64,000 bases of DNA from Bradymonadia bacterium (GTDB lineage: Bacteria; Myxococcota_A; Bradymonadia; UBA7976; UBA1532): contig JBKAGE010000001.1 in the NCBI GenBank assembly GCA_046290225.1, forward strand, positions 96,134 through 160,133. The letters run 5' to 3'. Shown piece by piece: positions 1-10,140 of this stretch (the first letter of the stretch is position 1; each line of letters begins with the position of its first letter). A model generated the notes under the pieces. That model was given only the letters and a program-made list of their open reading frames with translations, had not been told where the DNA came from and did no database searches. The position numbers were made by a program, and so were the translations under genes.

Positions 1-2
1 GC

Positions 3-53
3 GGCCGCGAGAAGAACCGTCGGGTGGAGTTCATCATTCTCGGGAGACGTTGA
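3..53 (+). CDS. 3' end of an OmpA-family (peptidoglycan-binding) protein, truncated by the window edge
   Basis: Frame 3 reads GREKNRRVEFIILGRR-stop; NRRVE is the typical OmpA_C terminal motif. The stop is 3 bp before the next ATG. Confidence 0.75.
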   Translation, partial: GREKNRRVEFIILGRR

Positions 54-56
54 GCC

Positions 57-3000
57 ATGCACCGTACACACCTGCCAGCGCTCCACGGCGCGCTGCTCCT
101 GCTCCTCAGCGTGCTCCTCGGCGGCTGCGGTCGCTCGAGCCTCGACTGCGCCACCACGGCGGATTGCCCCTCGGGCAACATCTGCATTCAAGATCAGTGC
201 GTGAGCGGCCCGCCGTGTGCCTTGGGCCTGTGTCCCACAGGCCAGGTGTGCGTCTCCGACATCTGCGTCGACGAGGAGCGCCTCGCCGGCGTGTGCGGGC
301 CCAACCGCGCCTGCCCCGACGGCCAGCGCTGCAGCGAGCAGAACCTCTGTGAGCCCTGTGGCCCCGAGGGCTGTGATCCGCTGATCTGTGATCCGGAAGA
401 TCCCAACTGTCAGGTCTGCGCCGGTGATCAAGAGTGTGGCGCCGGTCTCATCTGTGACGACGGTCGCTGCCGTGTAGGCTGCCGCTTCAACCAGGACTGC
501 CCGGGTGGCCTGTGTGATCCGCAGAGCCAGACCTGCGTCGACCGCCAGTGCAATCAAGACCTCGACTGCCCTGATCCTCTGCTGTGCGATCCTCAGGGCC
601 AGTGTGTGGACTGCCTCTCTGATCCCGATTGCGGTCCGGGCCGCGTATGTGATCTGAACATCTGCCGCCCCTCTGATCAGTGCATCGGCGACGAGGAATG
701 CCCTGCGGGCTTCCTCTGCCTCAACGGCGCCTGCGAGCGGGGTGAGGGCTGCCTCGGCGACTTCGACTGTCAAAACGGCGAGGTCTGCATCGACGGCGCC
801 TGCATCCCCGCCGGCTGCCAGTCCGACGAGGAGTGTGGTGACGGTCGCCAGTGCGTCGCCGGTGAGTGCCTGCCCGTCGGCCAGTGCCGCCGGGACACGG
901 ATTGCGATCCGGGCTTCTCCTGCATCGCCGGTGAGTGCCGCTTCGATCCCGAGTGCCGCGTCGACGTGGACTGCCCCCCAGGCCTCATCTGCGAGCAAAA
1001 CCGCTGCATCGAGCAGCTCGAGTGCACCATCGACGGCGACTGCCTGCCGGGCCAGCAATGTCGCGGTGGCTTGTGTGTCGGGGTGCCCGACTGTCGCGGT
1101 GACTTCGACTGCCCTCCTGGCCGCGTGTGCCAGATGGGCCAGTGCATCGTGGGGCCCGAGTGCCTCGACAACTTCGACTGCCCACCTGGTGAAGAGTGCA
1201 TCGACGAGCTGTGTGTGTCGGCGCCTGAGTGCCGCAACGACAACGACTGCCCCTTCGGCACCCAGTGCGTCGACGAGCTGTGCGTCCCAGTGCCCGGCTG
1301 CCGTGGCGACTTCGATTGCCCAGATGGCCGCCTCTGCCAGGCAGGGCAATGTGTCATCGCGGGCTGCATCAACGACCTCGACTGCCCTCCTGACACCATC
1401 TGTGAAGCGGGCCTGTGCCAGCCGGTGCAGTGCCGGTTCGACGGCCAGTGCCCCGCCCAGCAAATCTGCGACGACGGCCGCTGCACCCCGGTGGAGTGCC
1501 GTGACGACAACGACTGCCCCGCAGGGGGCGAGTGTCGCGGCAACGTGTGCTTCCAGGATCCCCGCTGCCGCGTGGACGACGACTGTCCTCCGGGGAACGC
1601 TTGCCTCGCAGGCAGCTGCGCCCCCGTGGGCTGTGCCGACGATCGCGACTGTGACGAGGACGAGCAGTGTGAGCAGGGCCGATGCGTCGCCGGAGAGTGC
1701 CGCAACGACGATGATTGTGGTCCTGGGGTGACCTGTGTCGCCGGGTTCTGCCTGCCGGAGTTCGTCTGCGAAGACGCCAACGACTGCCCCCAGCCTCTGC
1801 AGTGCATCAACAACGAGTGCCGCGCAGGCTTCCAGTGCGAGCGTGACGAAGAGTGCGATCCCGGCGAGGAGTGCCTCTTCGGCATCTGCATCAGCCTGCC
1901 CCCGCCCCAGTGCCTCAACGACGGTGACTGCGGCCTCAACGAGCGCTGCGAGCTGGGCCAGTGCATCCCTGGCGGTGGCCCTCAGTGCCGCCGTGATGCC
2001 GATTGTGGCTTCGGCTTCCGCTGCGAGGGGGGCGCCTGTGTCGCCGATGGCTGCGTCGTCGACGGCCAGTGTGATCCCGGCGAAGTCTGTGAAGCCGGCG
2101 TGTGCATCCCCGCGCCGGAGTGTCGCGAGGACTTCGACTGCGGCGTCGGCGAGATCTGTCAGGCCGGTGTCTGCGTGTTCGCCGGCGAATGTCGCCGTGA
2201 TCTCGACTGCCCCGAGCCCCTCGTCTGTGAAGACTTTCGCTGCGAGGTGCCTCCGGCCTGTGGCCCCGGGAACCCCTGCCCGGCCAACCAGATCTGCCGC
2301 GATGATCAGTGCGTGCCCGACGGCCGCTGCCAGAACGACTTCGAGTGTGGCCCGGGGAACCGCTGCGACGACGGTGAGTGCGTGCCTGCCTTCGAATGTC
2401 GCGGTGACGTGGACTGTGGTGCCGGTGAGGCCTGCCGTGGCGGTCAGTGCGTCTTCGTGGGTCAGTGCCGCGAGAACATCGACTGCCCCCAGCCGTTGAT
2501 TTGCGACAACTTCGAGTGTGTGCCCGACGTGGAGTGCAACGTCGCCGCAGACTGCGGCGGTCGAGGCTTCGAGTGCTTCGCCAACCAGTGCATCTTCGTC
2601 GGCGAGTGCGACTTCGACAACGAGTGCCCCCCGGGGAACCGCTGCGAAGACTTCCTCTGTGTCCCCGACGAGCAGTGTGGTGCTGGCGATCCATGCCCTG
2701 CAGGCGAGCAGTGCCTCATGGGCCTCTGTGTCTTCGAGGGTGAGTGCCGCGTCGACAACGACTGCCCCTCGCTCTTCTCGTGTGAAGACTTCATCTGCGT
2801 CGAAACCGGTCGCTGCCAGCGCGACGAAGAGTGCGCCCCTCTGGGCCAGGTCTGCGATCCCTTCAGCCGCACCTGCGTCGACGAGAACTTCTGCAACGAT
2901 CAGCGAGACTGCCCCGAGAACCAGCCCTGCATCGGCAACCTCTGCCGCCCTGTGGGCTTCTGCCGCGTCGACGAGAACTGCGAAGAGGACGAGATCTGCA

Positions 3001-5087
3001 ACCAGCAGCTCAACATTTGCCAGCCTCGTCCTGAGTGCTTCGCCGATCAGGACTGCGCCCTGGACGAGCGCTGTGACGCGGGCAGCTGTGTCCCTCTGAG
3101 CTGCCGTGGGGACGACGACTGCAACGCCGGGTTCACGTGTATCGACGATCGCTGTATCCCCGAGTTCTTCTGCCAGGATCCAGGGGATTGTCCCTTCCCC
3201 GGCCAGGAGTGCATCAGCAACGAGTGTGTCGATCCTCAGGGCTGCATCAACGACGCCGACTGCCCCGAGGGCAGCGACTGCCTCGGCGGTGTCTGTGTGG
3301 TGATCCCGCCGCCAGACTGCGAGCGCGATGACGACTGTGGTCCCGGGGAGATCTGCGAGTTCGGCCTCTGTGGCCCCGATCCAGGGTGTCAGAACGACGG
3401 CCAGTGCCCCGCGGGGCAGTCGTGTGAGGCGGGCGTCTGCGTGGTGCCGCCGGATTGTCGCGTCGACGCCGACTGTGGCGGCGGTGAGCAGTGCCTGAAC
3501 GGTGTGTGTGTGGGTCTGCCGGGCTGCGGTGACGACGACGAGTGCCCGCTGACTCAGATTTGCCTGGACCGTGCCTGCATCGATGGCTGCACCGACGAGA
3601 GCCGCTGCTTCGAAGATCAGCTGTGCGTCGATGGCCAGTGCCGTGACTTCGGCGGGCCCTGTCGCGACGACGACAACTGCCTGCCCGGTGAGTTCTGTGA
3701 CGGCAACGTGTGCGTCCCGGGCTGCCGCAACGACGCCGACTGCCCCGATGGCTTCGCGTGCAACGCCGGCGAATGTGTGCTCGACCGCTGTCGCAACGAC
3801 GCCGACTGCCCCAACGGCCAGATCTGCGGCGACAATGGCGTCTGCGAGCCTGCACCTCTGTGCGAGCTTATCCCCGACGAAGATCTGACCTTCATCGCTT
3901 TCGAGGGCACCGAGACGTTCCCCACCAACACCTCGGGTCGGGAGAGCCAGTACGGCTCGAACTGCGCCGGCAACGCCCGGGCCGGTGAGCAGGTCTTCGT
4001 GCTCGACGTGGCCCAGACCTCCGAGGTGATCCTGGAGACCCTCGCCGCGGAGAACGGCAACCAGTACGACACCGCGCTGCACGTACGTACGGTGTGCGAC
4101 GACGCGGCGACGCAGCTCGACTGTGACGATGACGACGGCGACGGCACCCTGTCGCGCATCGAGCTGCCTCAGGCGTCGCCTGGCCGGTACATCATCTTCG
4201 TCGACGGCTTCAACCAGAACACCGGCGAGGCCCGCCTCGAGGTGACGGTGACCCCACTCACCCCCTGCGACGGCAACTTCGACTGTGACAACGGCGCCTG
4301 TGTCGACGGCTTCTGCCAGCAGCCCGACTTCTGCGGTGACGACAACGACTGCGACTTCAGAGAGGTCTGTCGTCAGGGCATCTGCGCCCCTCAGCAGCGA
4401 TGCATCGACGATACCGGCTGCGAGAACGGCATCTGCGTCAACCGGGTCTGCCGGGATCCCCAGTGTGTGCAGGACGAACAGTGTGAGGGCGGTCGGATTT
4501 GCGAGTCTGGCCGCTGCTCCGAGCCTCAATGTCTGCGGGACAACGATTGCGACGCCGGAGAGCGCTGCGACAGTGGGCGGTGTGTCGAAGGCTGTGCTTC
4601 GGATCTCCAGTGCCCGGGGCTCCAGATTTGCCAGCAGCGTGTCTGCGTCGATCCGCAGTGTGTGCGCGACGAGAACTGCGAGGCCGGCCAGCGCTGCAAC
4701 GAGGGCCGCTGTGAAGATGCTGGTGAGTGCGTCAACGACGCCCAGTGTAGTGGCGGCGACAACATCTGCGAGAACAACGCCTGCATCGACGCAGGGGGCC
4801 GCTGCGCCGACGTCGATGCCTGCAACCCCGGTGCAGCCTGTGTGAGCGGCGCCTGTGTCGATCCGGTGCCCTGCGCCAACGACCAGATCTGTCAGCAGAT
4901 TATCCCGATCTTCACGTGTCAGGCAGGGGTCTGTCGGGCGCCGTTCAACCAGTGCGACAGCAACGCCGACTGCGCGGCGAATGGCAGCTGCATCTTCGGC
5001 GTGTGCGCCCCGCTGCCGAGCCCCGAGTGTGTCCGGGACACTGATTGCCCCAACGGTCAGACCTGCGAAAACGAGAGTTGCCAGTAG
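57..5087 (+). CDS. Giant cysteine-rich repeat lipoprotein with one internal PPC-like beta-sandwich domain
   Basis: Signal peptide with lipobox LLGGC; dozens of C-x4/5-C-x5-C-x4-C units; a non-repeat block (about 3880-4260) with YDTALHVR...DDDD...SRI...GRYIIFVDGF typical of PPC domains. Confidence 0.85.
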   Translation: MHRTHLPALHGALLLLLSVLLGGCGRSSLDCATTADCPSGNICIQDQCVSGPPCALGLCPTGQVCVSDICVDEERLAGVCGPNRACPDGQRCSEQNLCEPCGPEGCDPLICDPEDPNCQVCAGDQECGAGLICDDGRCRVGCRFNQDCPGGLCDPQSQTCVDRQCNQDLDCPDPLLCDPQGQCVDCLSDPDCGPGRVCDLNICRPSDQCIGDEECPAGFLCLNGACERGEGCLGDFDCQNGEVCIDGACIPAGCQSDEECGDGRQCVAGECLPVGQCRRDTDCDPGFSCIAGECRFDPECRVDVDCPPGLICEQNRCIEQLECTIDGDCLPGQQCRGGLCVGVPDCRGDFDCPPGRVCQMGQCIVGPECLDNFDCPPGEECIDELCVSAPECRNDNDCPFGTQCVDELCVPVPGCRGDFDCPDGRLCQAGQCVIAGCINDLDCPPDTICEAGLCQPVQCRFDGQCPAQQICDDGRCTPVECRDDNDCPAGGECRGNVCFQDPRCRVDDDCPPGNACLAGSCAPVGCADDRDCDEDEQCEQGRCVAGECRNDDDCGPGVTCVAGFCLPEFVCEDANDCPQPLQCINNECRAGFQCERDEECDPGEECLFGICISLPPPQCLNDGDCGLNERCELGQCIPGGGPQCRRDADCGFGFRCEGGACVADGCVVDGQCDPGEVCEAGVCIPAPECREDFDCGVGEICQAGVCVFAGECRRDLDCPEPLVCEDFRCEVPPACGPGNPCPANQICRDDQCVPDGRCQNDFECGPGNRCDDGECVPAFECRGDVDCGAGEACRGGQCVFVGQCRENIDCPQPLICDNFECVPDVECNVAADCGGRGFECFANQCIFVGECDFDNECPPGNRCEDFLCVPDEQCGAGDPCPAGEQCLMGLCVFEGECRVDNDCPSLFSCEDFICVETGRCQRDEECAPLGQVCDPFSRTCVDENFCNDQRDCPENQPCIGNLCRPVGFCRVDENCEEDEICNQQLNICQPRPECFADQDCALDERCDAGSCVPLSCRGDDDCNAGFTCIDDRCIPEFFCQDPGDCPFPGQECISNECVDPQGCINDADCPEGSDCLGGVCVVIPPPDCERDDDCGPGEICEFGLCGPDPGCQNDGQCPAGQSCEAGVCVVPPDCRVDADCGGGEQCLNGVCVGLPGCGDDDECPLTQICLDRACIDGCTDESRCFEDQLCVDGQCRDFGGPCRDDDNCLPGEFCDGNVCVPGCRNDADCPDGFACNAGECVLDRCRNDADCPNGQICGDNGVCEPAPLCELIPDEDLTFIAFEGTETFPTNTSGRESQYGSNCAGNARAGEQVFVLDVAQTSEVILETLAAENGNQYDTALHVRTVCDDAATQLDCDDDDGDGTLSRIELPQASPGRYIIFVDGFNQNTGEARLEVTVTPLTPCDGNFDCDNGACVDGFCQQPDFCGDDNDCDFREVCRQGICAPQQRCIDDTGCENGICVNRVCRDPQCVQDEQCEGGRICESGRCSEPQCLRDNDCDAGERCDSGRCVEGCASDLQCPGLQICQQRVCVDPQCVRDENCEAGQRCNEGRCEDAGECVNDAQCSGGDNICENNACIDAGGRCADVDACNPGAACVSGACVDPVPCANDQICQQIIPIFTCQAGVCRAPFNQCDSNADCAANGSCIFGVCAPLPSPECVRDTDCPNGQTCENESCQ

Positions 5088-5140
5088 TCACTGGTCTGCC
5101 GCTCGTTTTAAGCGCAACCCCCACCCCTCCAGCCTCACTA

Positions 5141-5156
5141 CGGTCTGAAACTTGCT
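5141..5156 (+). promoter_or_regulatory. Possible sigma-54 type -24/-12 promoter
   Basis: CGGTCTGAAACTTGCT fits GG-N10-GC with TTGCT, 80 bp upstream of the S8 gene; the -24 element is a weak match to TGGCAC. Confidence 0.25.
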
Positions 5157-5235
5157 TTTCCGTGCGTACGTGCACGGCAGACGTGGTCTCTCCTGACCGT
5201 CTGCTGGTCAGAGACATCAGAAGTTCGAGGATCAT

Positions 5236-7986
5236 ATGCGTTTTATCTGGGCCCTCCTCGGGGGCAGCCTGCTGATCACTGGACCCGGCCACGCTCAGCT
5301 CACCCCAGGGTCCACAGGCCCCACCACAGCGCCCGTTGCGCGCAGGATCGACGGGAAGTTCACCGTGCTCCGCGCAGCCATCGACCGACATGGCCATCGC
5401 GCGCCGATCTTCGGCCCCGAGGGCCTGCCCGCTGAGACAGATCTCAGCCGACTCGGCGCCACCCTCCGTTTCACCGAAGCCCTGGCCCCTGGGCAGATCG
5501 CGCAGCTCGAAGATAACGGCGTCGCCTTCGATCGTCGGGACGGAGAAGTAATCGCGCTGGGCACCGTCTACCCCGTACGGGTGACCTGGGCCGCCTTGCG
5601 ATTCCTCGAAGCGTATCCAGGCCTCGTGCGCGCCGAGGCGAGCTGGCGCCCCTTCACCCTGAGCCCCTTGGAGATTACGGGCCTTCAATCCGGCACCGCG
5701 GCGGCGCGATGGCGAACTGAAGACGGCACTGATGGCACTGGCGTCACCGTGGCCACCATCGACAGCGGGGTGGACAGCCTGCACCCCCACTTCTTCAAGG
5801 CCGACGGCGAGTGGTTCGACTGGGTCGACGCCAATGGCGACGGTGACTTCGACCTGGGCACTGACGGGGTGGACTACGACAAAGACGGCAGCCTCGATGA
5901 CAACGAGGTGATGCGGGTGCTCGACGCGGGCACCACAGGCTTCGGCTTTGGGCCCGCTGATGGCTTGGACGGCGTCCTCCAGCCCCGTCTCGACTGGCTC
6001 TACATCGACGTCAACGGCGATCGTCGACGCAACGTCGGCACTGACGATGGCTTCACCGAGTCTGATCCGGCCTACGGCGAGCCCCTCTTCGTCGTCGACG
6101 ACGTCAACGGCAATGACGCCCTCGATCCCGGTGAGAAGGTGGTGCAGCTCGTCACCAGCAAGATCAGCAAGCTGGTATACGGCGAGCAGACCTTCACCCG
6201 AGGCGGCCCTCCGGGCTCGGGCCTCATCGACGCCGTGAAGCATCCGATCCACGAGGGCTCGTTCCACGGCACGGGGGTGGCCAGCATCATCGTCGGCGGC
6301 CAGGCGGGCTTCCACGATCGCGTGGGCATGGCCCCCGGCTCGGAGATCATCAGCTACTCACCGTACGGCGAGCAGCAGGATCTCGAGTACGCCGGACAGG
6401 CCCGGGCCATCGCCGATGCCCTCGACAGCGGCGCCCGTCTCATCGTGCACGAGTGGACCGATCCGTTCTTCGTGGTGCAAGACGGCTCCACCAACCTCGA
6501 GGCGGCCATGGACGCCGCTCGAAATGGTGGCCTGATCCAGGTGAACCCCCTCGGCAACCTCAACGTGGCCCGCAAGCACGCGATCCGTGAAGTGAACGCA
6601 GGCGACAGCCTCTCTCTGAGCTTCGAGGTGGGTCCGGGCTTTCAGAGCGGCTTCGGATTCCAGCCCTACACAGTGTCGTACGGCCTGGTCATGTGGCAGG
6701 GGGATCACAACCTCACCGTGGGGGTGAGGCGGCCCTTCAGTGCCAGCACCATCAACGTGCCCCTCGATGGGCAATATCACGATCTCGGCGAGCGCACCTT
6801 CGCCCAGGCATACTGGGATGTGACCGATCGCGGCACGCGCTATGCCCTGGTCTTCGTCTTCAAAGAAGATTTCAACGGCGCAGAGGGCCTCACTGAAGGT
6901 GCATGGAACCTCGAGCTCGGAGGCTTCGCCGAGGCCGACACGGTACATGCCCGCATCGCGGACTACTACTCGAGCTGGGGCCTGGGCATCGCCTGGGAAG
7001 ACGCCACCCCCGACGTGAGCAGCGCGGTGTTCCCTTCGACCGCCGACTCGGCCATCGGGGTGGCAGCCTACGGCGGCCGTCACGATCTGCCTGACTTTGA
7101 TGGCAGCCGCGCCGGTGAGCTGCGCAACTACTCAGGCCGTGGCCCACGCATCGATGGTGCGCCGGTGGTGGACATCGCCGCCTCTGATGATCCTTACGCT
7201 GCCATGGCGGCCACAGCCGAAACGATTCAGGCGGGCTATGGACGCTCCTGGTTCAGCACCTTCGGCGGCACCAGCGGCGCGGGCCCTCACGTAGCGGGTG
7301 CCCTGGCCCTCATGGCAGCCCATGATCCGGAGGCGAGCGCCACGGCCCTGGAAGATCGCCTCATCGCCACAGTGGATCAGTCGGCGCCGGTGCCCGACTA
7401 CGGCGCCTTCCCGAACGATCACTGGGGGTATGGCCGCCTCGACGCCTACCGGGCGATCTACGACGCTCAGGCGCCGATCCCCGATCAGCGCCCTGATGTG
7501 GTGGTGGATGTGCAGGTCACCGAGTCCGAGGTGATCTTCGATCCCAGCCGCTCCAGTGATCCTGAGGGGGCGGCCATGAAGGTGCGCTTCGACATCGACT
7601 ACGACGGCCGCTGGGAGTCGACGTGGCAGGATCTCACCCCCATGGCGATGCCCTTGGACGTCTTCGGCGGCGAGCCTGGACTGGCCAAAGTGCAAATCAG
7701 AGACGTGAGCGGTGCGACCCACGGGTTGCTGGTGCCCTTCGATCCCAGTCAGGTGACACCCCCACCCATGCCTGATGCAGGCGTCTCTCCCGAGGCCGAC
7801 TCGGGCCCGAACGGCGGCTCCGGTGGAGGCGCTGGAGGCGGCAACTCTTCTGATGGTGGCATCGACGTGATGCGGGCCACCGACGATGGTGGCTGCAACT
7901 GCTCGACGAAGGGCACAAGCCCAGCGGCCTTGCTCTGGCCACTGCTGGTCCTGGCAGGGCTTGCACGCAGGCGCGCCTCTCGCTGA
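5236..7986 (+). CDS. S8 (subtilisin-family) serine peptidase with MYXO-CTERM-type sorting tail
   Basis: Catalytic motifs IDSG, HGTGVA and GTSGAGPHVAG; signal peptide; PKD-like region; C-terminus GCNCS...LLWPLLVLAGLARRR. Confidence 0.9.
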   Translation: MRFIWALLGGSLLITGPGHAQLTPGSTGPTTAPVARRIDGKFTVLRAAIDRHGHRAPIFGPEGLPAETDLSRLGATLRFTEALAPGQIAQLEDNGVAFDRRDGEVIALGTVYPVRVTWAALRFLEAYPGLVRAEASWRPFTLSPLEITGLQSGTAAARWRTEDGTDGTGVTVATIDSGVDSLHPHFFKADGEWFDWVDANGDGDFDLGTDGVDYDKDGSLDDNEVMRVLDAGTTGFGFGPADGLDGVLQPRLDWLYIDVNGDRRRNVGTDDGFTESDPAYGEPLFVVDDVNGNDALDPGEKVVQLVTSKISKLVYGEQTFTRGGPPGSGLIDAVKHPIHEGSFHGTGVASIIVGGQAGFHDRVGMAPGSEIISYSPYGEQQDLEYAGQARAIADALDSGARLIVHEWTDPFFVVQDGSTNLEAAMDAARNGGLIQVNPLGNLNVARKHAIREVNAGDSLSLSFEVGPGFQSGFGFQPYTVSYGLVMWQGDHNLTVGVRRPFSASTINVPLDGQYHDLGERTFAQAYWDVTDRGTRYALVFVFKEDFNGAEGLTEGAWNLELGGFAEADTVHARIADYYSSWGLGIAWEDATPDVSSAVFPSTADSAIGVAAYGGRHDLPDFDGSRAGELRNYSGRGPRIDGAPVVDIAASDDPYAAMAATAETIQAGYGRSWFSTFGGTSGAGPHVAGALALMAAHDPEASATALEDRLIATVDQSAPVPDYGAFPNDHWGYGRLDAYRAIYDAQAPIPDQRPDVVVDVQVTESEVIFDPSRSSDPEGAAMKVRFDIDYDGRWESTWQDLTPMAMPLDVFGGEPGLAKVQIRDVSGATHGLLVPFDPSQVTPPPMPDAGVSPEADSGPNGGSGGGAGGGNSSDGGIDVMRATDDGGCNCSTKGTSPAALLWPLLVLAGLARRRASR

Positions 7987-8060
7987 CAGGCCGACGTGAG
8001 TCCTTGACCGCGCTCATATTTCGGAACACCTTGATCTTCCACAACATGCAGGAGGGTCAG

Positions 8061-8591
8061 ATGAATCTCGAAGCGCTGCTCAAAGACACCGGCGAACTGC
8101 GCTCCCCCCTCGACGTCTCGGCCTTTGTGCTCGTGCAGGCCCTCAAGTCGATCGACTCCCCACAAGCAGAGCAGATCGAGGCGCTCTTCAAGGCCTCGAT
8201 CCCCAGAGTGAGTGACGAAGACACCGAGCTTCTGTCTCAAGTGCTCATGCACCACCTCGCCGAGGCCCTCGCCCACGGCGCCTACTACGGCACTGTGCAG
8301 CTCGCTGGCAGCCTCACCATGGTGGAAGCCCACATCCTGCACGACGCTCTGAAACAGTCAGGCGTGGCCAACCGGATCCGCCATGATCACCAGACCGGGA
8401 ACAGCTTCCCCAACCTGGGCAACGATGTGGAGATCTGGGTGTATCCCAACGATCTCGAGCGCGCGCGGGCCATCTACCAGCAGACCCAGGCCACCGACGC
8501 ATCCACTGTGACCTGCAGCAACTGCGGTGAAGAGAACCCCGGTCACTTCGGGCGCTGTTGGAACTGCGGCTCCACCCTGAGCAACGACTGA
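8061..8591 (+). CDS. DUF2007-like protein with C-terminal zinc ribbon
   Basis: EAHILHDALKQSGV...VEIWV..DLERAR followed by CSNCGEENPGHFGRCWNCG; SD GGAGG before ATG 8061. Confidence 0.7.
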   Translation: MNLEALLKDTGELRSPLDVSAFVLVQALKSIDSPQAEQIEALFKASIPRVSDEDTELLSQVLMHHLAEALAHGAYYGTVQLAGSLTMVEAHILHDALKQSGVANRIRHDHQTGNSFPNLGNDVEIWVYPNDLERARAIYQQTQATDASTVTCSNCGEENPGHFGRCWNCGSTLSND

Positions 8592-8676
8592 TTTCACAGC
8601 ACATCTCAAGCGACCCCCACCTCTCCCAGCCATCTTTACAACGCGATCTCATTGGAGACCCTCTCGAGGAGCGTTT

Positions 8677-10140
8677 GTGGCCACTCAAACCGATCAGGTG
8701 TCGACCGAGCCCGATCTCGTACAGCACACGGGCACCCGCGAGTTCAGTCGCCGATTGCCCCTGAGCATCAGCGCCCAAACGCTGTATGACTGGCACGCCC
8801 GGCCGGGGGCCTTCGAACGCCTCGCCCCACCTTGGGAGGACATCGAGGTGGTGCACAAAGCCGGGGGAATCGAGGACGGCGCCCAGCTGATCATGAAGAT
8901 CAAGAAGGGCCCCTTCAAACTCACATGGGAAGCCCTGCACCAGGGTCACGTCCCTGGTGCGCAGTTCCAGGACCAGCAAGTGCGTGGACCCTTCGGGTTC
9001 TGGTTGCACACCCACCGGTTCGAAGAGCGAGAGGGCGGCAGCATGTTGCACGATCATGTGCAGTATCGACTGCCCGTACACCCACTCGGGCAGTGGTTCG
9101 GTGGATGGTTCGCCCGACGCATGCTCGACCAGATGTTCACCCATCGTCATCACCGCACGCAGGCAGATCTCATGCGACACCAGGCCTTCGCCGATCAGCG
9201 CCCCCTCACTGTGGTCATCGCCGGGGCCAGCGGCCTCGTGGGCAGCGCCCTGACCCCCTTCTTGACTACGGGTGGCCACAGCGTGCGGCGGCTGGTGCGC
9301 CGGCCCGCTGCTGGTCAGGGCGTGCCCGAGAACACCGAGCATCGGTGGGATCCGGCAAAGGGCGAGCTCGATCCGTCGATCTTCGAAGGCGTCGACGCAG
9401 TGATCTGTCTCTCTGGGGCTGGGGTGGCCGACAAACGATGGAGCCCTGATCGCAAACGCGTGCTCGTCGAGAGTCGCACCGACACGGTGGGTCTCATCGC
9501 CCGCACCCTCGCTGAGCTGAAAGCCCAGGGTCGGCCGTGCCCCCAGACCTTCATCGCCGCCTCGGCCATCGGGTACTACGGATTTCACCGAGACGACCAC
9601 GACGCCTTCTCCGAGGCCGACGCCCCTGGGGAAGACTTCCTCGCCCGGCTCTGCGTAGACTGGGAGAAAGCTGCAGAGCCGGCCCGAGACGCAGGCATCC
9701 GGGTGGTGACCCCACGGATCGGGGTGGTGATGTCTCCCAAGGGGGGCGCCCTGGGCAAGCTGCTCACCCCTTTCAAGCTCGGCGGCGGTGGGCCTGTGGG
9801 CCACGGCGGGCAGATGATGAGCTGGATCGCCCTCGACGATCTCGTGGGGCTGATTCACTTCGCTCTGCTCGACGAGCGTGTCGAGGGACCGGTGAACGCC
9901 GTGGCGCCGAACCCGGTCACCAGCCGTGAGTTCGCCAGAACGCTGGGCCGGGTGCTCAAACGACCAGCGATCATCCCTGCCCCTGCCTTTGCCATCAAAG
10001 CGGCCTTCGGTGAGATGGGCGAGACGGTGCTGCTCCATGGGCAACGCGTGAAGCCCCAGGCCCTCATCGACGCGGGCTTTCAGTGGCAGCACCCTCACCT
10101 CGAAGATGCTCTGCGCCACGAGCTGGGCCTGATTCAGTGA
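8677..10140 (+). CDS. SRPBCC domain fused to a TIGR01777-family NAD-dependent epimerase-like protein
   Basis: N-terminal WHARPGAFERLAPPW and FQDQQVRGPF..W.HTHRF; Rossmann motif GASGLVG; ASAIGYYG; GQMMSWIALDD; PVNAVAPNPV. Confidence 0.9.
   Translation: MATQTDQVSTEPDLVQHTGTREFSRRLPLSISAQTLYDWHARPGAFERLAPPWEDIEVVHKAGGIEDGAQLIMKIKKGPFKLTWEALHQGHVPGAQFQDQQVRGPFGFWLHTHRFEEREGGSMLHDHVQYRLPVHPLGQWFGGWFARRMLDQMFTHRHHRTQADLMRHQAFADQRPLTVVIAGASGLVGSALTPFLTTGGHSVRRLVRRPAAGQGVPENTEHRWDPAKGELDPSIFEGVDAVICLSGAGVADKRWSPDRKRVLVESRTDTVGLIARTLAELKAQGRPCPQTFIAASAIGYYGFHRDDHDAFSEADAPGEDFLARLCVDWEKAAEPARDAGIRVVTPRIGVVMSPKGGALGKLLTPFKLGGGGPVGHGGQMMSWIALDDLVGLIHFALLDERVEGPVNAVAPNPVTSREFARTLGRVLKRPAIIPAPAFAIKAAFGEMGETVLLHGQRVKPQALIDAGFQWQHPHLEDALRHELGLIQ

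Noticed and set aside
1..8. NotI site at the window start as a cloning artefact
   Set aside because: It lies within a plausible OmpA reading frame and is an expected chance 8-mer in GC-rich DNA.
742..6315. Long alternative-frame and antisense ORFs over the first two genes (and similar ones such as 8314-10119, 38144-40525, 40946-42667, 46919-48643)
   Set aside because: Shadow ORFs expected in high-GC coding DNA; they lack motifs and overlap well-supported genes.
8677..10140. SRPBCC-TIGR01777 fusion as a novelty
   Set aside because: A commonly seen architecture.
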